From IMG/VR virus record IMGVR_UViG_3300012927_000093, positions 1 to 62,268 of that record: DNA of 62,268 bases; one strand, 5' to 3'. Shown here piece after piece: positions 56,382 to 62,268 of the stretch (the stretch's first letter is position 1; each line of letters opens with the position of its first letter). The position numbers were made by a program, and so were the translations under genes. A model generated the notes under the pieces. It saw nothing but the letters and a program-made list of their open reading frames with translations, searched no databases and was not told the DNA's origin. The stretch is from a virus. Lineage: Duplodnaviria; Caudoviricetes.

Positions 56382-56514
56382 TGGAACTAAAGTCGCCGTG
56401 CCGTGGGTACGTTGTGATACTAAAGTGACTACCCATTCGGCCTATAGCGGTACCTCCGGGCGAGTGAGAAGTTAACGCTTCTATTACATCGCGCAACTAT
56501 CCGGAGCGCCAACA

Positions 56515-56838
56515 TTGTCCACTGATGCGTACTACCCCACCCTCCCAGCGCAGTGGCTCACCGAAGCCGTCCTGCGGAATACTGGATACACAGTCGAGGT
56601 AAACCCCTTCCTCGAAGCCACCGCTGCAGTCGACCGCGAACGCGGTCTCATCGAAGTTCGCCCGGGCCTTACCTTCCCCCGCTTCCACCTGTCCCTGTCC
56701 CGGGCGGCCCTGTTCACAGTCTTCGATGAGACCGTGGTCCCCGAGTTCCGGCCGGCCCACGAGTTGCCTGAGGGGGTGACGCGCCTACACTCCACCCTCA
56801 CTGGCGGCATCGATATGCGCTACTCCCTGACCAGCTAA
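56515..56838 (+). CDS. ImmA/IrrE-like protein lacking HExxH
   Basis: Between repressor and integrase; GLIEVRPGLT..R..LSL where LAHELxH is expected. Confidence 0.45.
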   Translation: MSTDAYYPTLPAQWLTEAVLRNTGYTVEVNPFLEATAAVDRERGLIEVRPGLTFPRFHLSLSRAALFTVFDETVVPEFRPAHELPEGVTRLHSTLTGGIDMRYSLTS

Positions 56839-56852
56839 CCGCCGAGGTTGCG

Positions 56853-58100
56853 ATGGCGTGGACTGAAGAGCTAGCGCCCAACTCGAGCGGCACAGTCCGG
56901 TTCCGGGGCGCCTATCGCAACTCCGACCAAGAGGTGCGACGCAAGACCTTTGATCACAAGAACGCCGCCCTGAGATGGGCGTACGCCGAAGAACAGAAAG
57001 TCGCAGAAGGCTCTCGCCGAGACCCCGCGAGAGGTCGCCTCACCTGGAGCGCCTGGTGCGCACGGTGGTGGCCGACCCGGCGAATGGAGTCAGGCACCGC
57101 GAACTCGCAGATGAGCATGCGTGATCTCTATGTGCTGCCCCGCTGGGGCGACGTCCCGCTGAACAAGATCGAGCACGACGACTTGCAGGTCTGGGTCAAC
57201 GAGCTGTCCAAGAAGTTATCCGCCTCATCGACCCGGCTGTGTTACTACCAGCTGTCCGCGTCGATGAAAGCCGCCGTGCCGCGGTTGCTGCCCTATACGC
57301 CGTGCATCGGGATAAAGCTGCCCACGTTGCCTTCGGCGCCCGAGCGCTACCTTACTTTTGATGAAGTCGATGCGCTGTTCTATCACCTTGATGGCGTGTA
57401 CCGGCTGTTAGTCGAAACGCTGATCGAGACAGGCATGCGGATCGGCGAGGCGGTTGCGCTGCATCGGCACCGGATCAACTTCGAACAGAAGACGATTGAT
57501 GTCGTGGAACGCTGGGACGGCTACGCCGGCGTAGTTAAGGCATACCCGAAAGGCAAACGTCGGCGCACCGTGCCGCTCACACCGAAGCTAGCGGGCCTGC
57601 TGCACGCCTGGTACCAGATGCGCCCCTCTGACGCCCGACGCTGCACCGTCGTCCACGACCGCGGATCGGTATGCCGTTCAGCGTTGGTGCACCCGTCACC
57701 GGGCAACGGGAAAGTCATCGACCCCAAGGACTTCTCGCTGCGGCCATGGCGCAACGCCCTGGAGCGATCCGAGATCGGGCACGCCCGGATCCACGATCTC
57801 AGGCACACCTACGCGTCACGCATTGTAACTGCCGGCGTCAGCCTGTCGGTACTGCAGGCGCTGCTCGGCCACAGCTCGATCAAGACCACGGAACGGTACG
57901 CCCATCTATTGACCGACAGCCATGATGAAGTACGGGCCGCGCTGGCCCTGCGACCCTCAAAGGGAGCAGATGAGGGAGCAAACCAGTTGACACGCCTCGA
58001 TACAGCTCGGCACAAAAAGATGCAGCGGAACCTATCCCGACCAGGCAAAACGGCGAGGAACGGCACTACCGGGCACGCCTCGCCACAGGCTGAAATCTAA
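56853..58100 (+). CDS. int: Tyrosine integrase
   Basis: TGMRIGE, YPKG, HDLRHTYAS, LLGHSSIKTTERYAH. Confidence 0.96.
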   Translation: MAWTEELAPNSSGTVRFRGAYRNSDQEVRRKTFDHKNAALRWAYAEEQKVAEGSRRDPARGRLTWSAWCARWWPTRRMESGTANSQMSMRDLYVLPRWGDVPLNKIEHDDLQVWVNELSKKLSASSTRLCYYQLSASMKAAVPRLLPYTPCIGIKLPTLPSAPERYLTFDEVDALFYHLDGVYRLLVETLIETGMRIGEAVALHRHRINFEQKTIDVVERWDGYAGVVKAYPKGKRRRTVPLTPKLAGLLHAWYQMRPSDARRCTVVHDRGSVCRSALVHPSPGNGKVIDPKDFSLRPWRNALERSEIGHARIHDLRHTYASRIVTAGVSLSVLQALLGHSSIKTTERYAHLLTDSHDEVRAALALRPSKGADEGANQLTRLDTARHKKMQRNLSRPGKTARNGTTGHASPQAEI

Positions 58101-58235
58101 TTTCCTATTAAGGGTGGTTCGAGCGCATCCGGGCCTGCTCCCTGAGTCCGGATGCCGCGTGACCTGCTGGGTTGCGATCTCGGACCGCCTCGCGGGAGGC
58201 GCTCCCCCGGACCCCGGGAGCAACGAGGGAGCAGG
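57961..58235. other. Putative attP site
   Basis: Arm-type (A/C)GGGAGCA repeats at 57961, 57973 (direct), 58134 (inverted), 58215, 58226 (direct), flanking AT-rich TGAAATCTAATTTCCTATTAAG. Confidence 0.7.
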
Positions 58236-58239
58236 GGTC

Positions 58240-58419
58240 TCAGCCACGGTTGCGCTCTTCGACCTGACGACGCAGGTCGTCTAGGTCCCAGCGGTAGTGC
58301 CCGCCGGCCGTGACCATTGCCGGCTTGAACTTGTACGTGGTGACCCAGCGCCGCAGCGTCGCCCGACCGACACCGAGGGCGTCAGCCGCCTGCCCAGTCG
58401 TCAAGTAACGCTCCGTCAC
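58240..58419 (-). CDS. BldC/MerR-like small HTH regulator (not in ORF track)
   Basis: MTERYLTTGQAADALGVGRATLRRW...TAGGHYRWDLDDL, 59 aa. Confidence 0.8.
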   Translation of the reverse strand: MTERYLTTGQAADALGVGRATLRRWVTTYKFKPAMVTAGGHYRWDLDDLRRQVEERNRG

Positions 58420-58471
58420 ATCGTCAGCTTCCCACAGGCACCGGCTCGGTCAACATCCACGACACACCACC

Positions 58472-58534
58472 TTGGCGTGGAACCGGTCTCGTGCGTATAG
58501 TCTCACGTGAGCGGATTGAGCGCATTGAGCCGAT
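58472..58534 (+). promoter_or_regulatory. Promoter of the terminase-2 operon with three tandem 9-bp repeats
   Basis: TTGGCG-18-TATAGT, then TGAGCGGAT-TGAGCGCAT-TGAGCCGAT. Confidence 0.7.
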
Positions 58535-58556
58535 CGCTATCCCGGGGAGCAAACCA

Positions 58557-58832
58557 ATGACCACCGCCTATGACGAGGCACCGACCATGAACGGCAACCA
58601 GCCCACCGAGCCCACCGACCGCAAGCGCGCCCTTCGCCGCATGCGCGATCTGCTCGAGCACACCGAGCTCGGCCCGCAGCTGGCCGACGAGATCCGCGAG
58701 ACGCACCTCGACCTGATCGACCAGGAGAACTCGGCCACCGGCATCAACAAGCGCCACCTGAGCAATCGGGCGCACCTGGTCGGTCTGCTGCTCGCCGCGC
58801 TGGACGAGTTCCACGGCATCGAGGCCGAGTGA
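58557..58832 (+). CDS. Hypothetical helical protein
   Basis: RBS GGGGAG; first gene of the operon. Confidence 0.65.
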   Translation: MTTAYDEAPTMNGNQPTEPTDRKRALRRMRDLLEHTELGPQLADEIRETHLDLIDQENSATGINKRHLSNRAHLVGLLLAALDEFHGIEAE

Positions 58833-59065
58833 TGGCCTGGGGAAGCAAGCGCGAGAGCCACGCATCCTTCACCGCCCCGTCGGCCGAGTTCCAGGCCCAC
58901 AAGCAGCGCAAGGCCGAGGCTGAGCGCCAGGCCAAGGCTGACGCCCGGGCCGCCGACGCCAAGAAGGCCGCCGCCGCACAGGCCAAGGCCGACCGCGACA
59001 ACGAGCGCGCCATGGAACGGGCCGCCCAGCAGATCGCCGAGCGCGTCCTTCGGCACATGCAATGA
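58829..59065 (+). CDS. Ala/Lys-rich coiled-coil protein
   Basis: Coupled; KAEAERQAKADARAADAKKAAAAQAK. Confidence 0.65.
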   Translation: MMAWGSKRESHASFTAPSAEFQAHKQRKAEAERQAKADARAADAKKAAAAQAKADRDNERAMERAAQQIAERVLRHMQ

Positions 59066-59322
59066 ACCTGGTCAACCCGGAGCAGTTCCGCCACGGGCTC
59101 ATGTGGGTGGCCTTCTGGGGCATGGTCGCTTCGGCCGCAACCCTGGTGCTCGGTGTTGGGCTGGACGCTGGTTGGCACGTCTGGGTACCGGCAATCATCG
59201 CGTTCCCGCTTTGCTACCTGATCCGCGAGGCGTGTCACGACATGTGGATGGACGTCAAGGCCCCACGGATCCCTTCCACGTACACCACGCCGCGTGACTC
59301 CGACTCGGACTGGGAGAAGTAA
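59062..59322 (+). CDS. Two-TM membrane protein
   Basis: Two hydrophobic helices; ATGA overlap. Confidence 0.7.
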   Translation: MNLVNPEQFRHGLMWVAFWGMVASAATLVLGVGLDAGWHVWVPAIIAFPLCYLIREACHDMWMDVKAPRIPSTYTTPRDSDSDWEK

Positions 59323-59475
59323 ATGGGTTTCTTCACGAAGACTCGTCACGCGTCCCGCAACCCGGAGAAGGTCCAGACCATCCAGACGCACAAGATGGGC
59401 AACTTCGGTGGCAAGGGCAAGCTCGTCACCGGGTCGAAGCTCTCGGGTGGAAAGTCCAAGAAGAACCCGCGTTAA
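59323..59475 (+). CDS. Small highly basic protein (not in ORF track)
   Basis: MGFFTKTRH...GGKSKKNPR, 50 aa, RBS GGGAG. Confidence 0.55.
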   Translation: MGFFTKTRHASRNPEKVQTIQTHKMGNFGGKGKLVTGSKLSGGKSKKNPR

Positions 59476-59507
59476 CCTGCGGGAACGTCCGAAACGGAGG
59501 GCCGGAG

Positions 59508-59939
59508 ATGGGTGACCACTCCGGCCCTTACGCGTCAACGGACCCGAACAAATCCCCCGAGGTCGTGGATGCCGAGGCTGCGTTGGCATATGCGCGGCTG
59601 CTGCGTCGTGAGGCGCCGAACGATATTGCCCGCGATCTTGGGATTTCGAGGGCGACTTTCTATCGCAGAATCGAAATGTTGATGTTGCGACATGACCGCC
59701 CTTCTCGATCTTTGATGCAGGTGATCGCGCACGACGAGCTTGATCAACTGACGCGGATGACGATGCAGCGGCTGCAGGAAGAGTGCTCGAACCAGGACTT
59801 TGTGAAGCTGGTGGGCGAGCTGCGCCAGCAGAACACGGCGCGACTCAAGCTGTACGAAGACGCGCCGGCGAACACCGATGAGGGTGAGTCCACCGAAGAG
59901 GATTGGGACGACTGGGAGTCCGATGACCGCGCCAGTTAA
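59508..59939 (+). CDS. Terminase small subunit-like protein 2
   Basis: HTH NDIARDLGISRATFYRRI, DELDQL helix, acidic tail; overlaps TerL2. Confidence 0.65.
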   Translation: MGDHSGPYASTDPNKSPEVVDAEAALAYARLLRREAPNDIARDLGISRATFYRRIEMLMLRHDRPSRSLMQVIAHDELDQLTRMTMQRLQEECSNQDFVKLVGELRQQNTARLKLYEDAPANTDEGESTEEDWDDWESDDRAS

Positions 59940-61437
59940 GCGCCGGCTCGAAGGTCCGCCCGGCTTCCGTCCCGAGCTCTACACAGCGAAGCTGCGCCAC
60001 GGCGCGTTCCGCACGCACACCCAGGAGTGCATCAACAAGCGCCGGGATTGGTGCCGCACCTCCCCGATCCTGTTCGCGCTCTACTACCTGGCACCGCACG
60101 TGATGCTGCCCGGGATGCTGCACGCGTTGAGCGATCTGCACATAGCGCTGGCCATGTCGGCGAAGCGGTGGATGCGTACCGACGTCGGCCCAAAGGAGAT
60201 CCGCGACGCCTGGGTAGCGCCCCGGGACGCTGCCAAGACGACGTGGCTGTTCCTGATCTTGCCGCTGTGGAGCATGGCGTTCGGGCACCGCAAGTTCATC
60301 GTCGTCTACTCCGACACCGAGGATCAGGCGAAGCTGCACTTGGCCACGCTCAAGCTGCAGTTCGCGCAGAACGAGCGGCTGATGCGGGACTTTCCTGAGC
60401 TGTGCACGCCGATGAAGACTGGCGGCCGGGCGCTTAAGGACAACGACACGACGTACCTGGCAGCCAACGGCGCGATCATCATGGTGAAGGGGATGAACTC
60501 AGCGACGCTGGGCGTGAAGTGGGACAACCTGCGCCCGGACGCGCTGCTGTTCGATGAAGTCGAGCCCAAGAAGGGCCGCTACAACGTCGAGATGAAGCGC
60601 AAGCGGCTCGAGGATCTGATCGACGTGATCTTGCCGTGCAACTTCTCGGCGGTGGTCCAGATCGCGGGGACGACCGTGATGGCCGGCTCGATCATTCACA
60701 ATCTCGTCGAGGGCGACGCGTGGGTGGCCGAGGAGAACATCACGGTCCATCACTTCCGGGGCATCATCGAAGACCCTGAGACCGGAGACGAACGGTCGCT
60801 CTGGGAGCCGAAGTGGAGCCTGGAGTTCCAGCGCGAGGAGCGGCTGCGCAACCCGCGCGGCTACGCCAAGAACTTCGACAACGCCCCGGTCGACGAGAAC
60901 GGCACGTTCTGGGACGACGACGACATCACCTACGACACGCGCCTGCTCGAGCACATCACCGAGCGAATCCTGGTCGTGGACCCGGCATCGAAGTCCAAGA
61001 AGACGAACGACGAGACCGGCATCGCCATGGTGTCCTATGCCGGCAACGTGCGCCGTGTGATCGTCGAGCGGGTGATGGGTGTGCGGCTGAAGCCAGACAA
61101 GCTACGCGAGCTGGTGCACTCGATCGTCCGCAACAACGGCATCCGCCTCATCGTGGTGGACGTGACCAACGGCGGCGACCACGTGGAGAACACACTGTCG
61201 CCGCTGCCGCCTGGCGTGCGGGTGTTCCCGGTGTCGCTGCGCCGATCGAAGATCGATCGGATCACGGACTTGCATGACTGCTACCTGCGCAAGCCGCCGA
61301 TGGTGGTGCACGCCCGGCCGATTTCGACGCTTGAGGCGCAGATGAAGGCTTACCCCAAGACGCTCCACGATGACCAGATCGACGCTGTGGCGCTCGGCAA
61401 GGAGTACTTCCACGGCGAGCTGAAGGCCGCTAGCTGA
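59923..61437 (+). CDS. Terminase large subunit 2 (orphan, no adjacent portal)
   Basis: APRDAAKTT Walker A, RPDALLFDEVE Walker B, AGT coupling motif, VVDPA and HDDQIDA nuclease motifs; RBS GGGAG. Confidence 0.88.
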   Translation: MTAPVKRRLEGPPGFRPELYTAKLRHGAFRTHTQECINKRRDWCRTSPILFALYYLAPHVMLPGMLHALSDLHIALAMSAKRWMRTDVGPKEIRDAWVAPRDAAKTTWLFLILPLWSMAFGHRKFIVVYSDTEDQAKLHLATLKLQFAQNERLMRDFPELCTPMKTGGRALKDNDTTYLAANGAIIMVKGMNSATLGVKWDNLRPDALLFDEVEPKKGRYNVEMKRKRLEDLIDVILPCNFSAVVQIAGTTVMAGSIIHNLVEGDAWVAEENITVHHFRGIIEDPETGDERSLWEPKWSLEFQREERLRNPRGYAKNFDNAPVDENGTFWDDDDITYDTRLLEHITERILVVDPASKSKKTNDETGIAMVSYAGNVRRVIVERVMGVRLKPDKLRELVHSIVRNNGIRLIVVDVTNGGDHVENTLSPLPPGVRVFPVSLRRSKIDRITDLHDCYLRKPPMVVHARPISTLEAQMKAYPKTLHDDQIDAVALGKEYFHGELKAAS

Positions 61438-61484
61438 CCTGCACGGACTTGTGACCTTGTCCCGGATCAGGTACACTTGGAAAC

Positions 61485-61655
61485 ATGCAAGACCCCCTGA
61501 TGACCCTCCAGGAAGTCGCTGATTACCTCGGCATCAAGCCGGAGTCGGCTCGCAAGCTGCTGTACCGGCGCAAGCTGAAGCACGGTTACCTGCGATCTGA
61601 CGTCGTGGCCATCGAGCGCGCCAAGGGCCGACGTACCGATCTCGAAAAGGACTGA
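61485..61655 (+). CDS. Small excisionase-like HTH protein, leaderless (not in ORF track)
   Basis: TTGTGA-17-TACACT-7-ATG; LMTLQEVADYLGIKPESARK...GRRTDL. Confidence 0.75.
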   Translation: MQDPLMTLQEVADYLGIKPESARKLLYRRKLKHGYLRSDVVAIERAKGRRTDLEKD

Positions 61656-61657
61656 CC

Positions 61658-62268
61658 ATGGACAACCCCGAGGACGAGGCCCGTTACGCCCGAGAGCGAG
61701 CACGATTCGCCCAGAAGTTCTGCCACCACGGCAAGAGCCTGCTCGAACAGTGCACCGCCTGCGAGGACGAGGAGGACAACCGATGACCGCCTTCTGGATC
61801 GGCACCCTGACCGGCACGGCCGCAGGCGGGTTCATCGCCTGGCACCTGGCCATCATCTCCGTGCGAGCCGACCGGGCCCGCCGCGGCTGGAAGCGAAAGG
61901 TCTGACATGAAGATCCGCCCCGTAGAGCTGAAGACCCCGCCGGAGAAATGCGAACGCGGGTGCGGCCGTCTGGTGGCCGTGACCCGCCGGATCGACGACG
62001 GCGCCACCCGCCTGTCCACGGTCGACAAGGCCGGGAACGTGCAGCCGGGCCCTCACAATGCTATCCACCACTGAGGAGCGAGTCGTGATCGTGAGTGTGC
62101 GTGTCCTGACCACCTGCCCGCACGGCAACCCGGAAGACGTGGAGGCCACCGACGAGCATGGCCGAACCTCGGTGTCGCTGGCCGGGCACTGCCCCGACGA
62201 CTGCGAGAAGGACTAGCCATGGACGACGTCGACCGCTGTCCCGACTGCGACTACCCGCTGACGGGCAA
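61658..62268 (+). other. Run of five tiny ORFs (40-55 aa), mostly Cys/His-rich, one TM; the last runs off the window end
   Basis: Coupled starts at 61658, 61783, ~61907, ~62085 and 62219. Confidence 0.55.

Larger units (their letters stand above)
1..62268. mobile_element. Temperate actinobacteriophage (siphovirus) genome, probably complete and in circularised/attP form
   Basis: Full set of head, neck, tail, lysis, replication, integration and immunity modules; no host housekeeping genes seen; attP-like arm sites flank the core on both sides. Confidence 0.93.

Noticed and set aside
58090-58160. Possible tRNA fragment at the att site (GGTTCGAG)
   Set aside because: No T-arm stem or acceptor stem/CCA could be folded around it; no tRNA is supported anywhere in the window
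58240-62268. Separate tandem prophage or satellite adjacent to attL/attR
   Set aside because: Arm-type sites lie on both sides of the core, no second integrase, replicase or portal is present, and the ends plausibly circularise; disfavoured but not excluded

Overview
The whole 62,268-bp window is one high-GC temperate siphovirus genome from an actinomycete host (DUF397, BldC-like HTH, class F sortase, Ku, leaderless promoters). It is most likely in its excised or circularised form. Integrase arm-type repeats lie on both sides of an AT-rich core at about 58,090-58,115, which points to an intact attP, and the two window ends join into a plausible ORF. Minus strand from about 55.7 kb leftwards: xis, small early genes, SSB, primase-polymerase/helicase with an iteron origin, exonuclease, RuvC, late regulator, HNH, putative cos region, TerS/TerL, HK97-type portal/protease/capsid, neck and tail genes (with a -1 frameshift chaperone and a 1651-aa tape measure), an envelope/lysis block and extra virion-decoration genes. 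Plus strand: repressor and integrase, a RuvB/Ku island driven by three near-identical leaderless promoters, and a separately regulated operon carrying a second small+large terminase pair with no portal. The most striking observation is that the canonical TerL in the head operon has lost all three RNase-H-fold catalytic aspartates (GFDG->GFHG, CDP->CTP, KIDA->SISA), while the orphan TerL2 keeps intact ATPase and nuclease motifs. This suggests a division-of-labour two-terminase packaging system. Other notable items are a phage-encoded class F sortase with an adjacent candidate substrate, an endolysin-holin fusion, a split tail protein, and a 27-bp element shared between attP and the xis promoter. 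All assignments come from motif recognition by eye; no searches were run.
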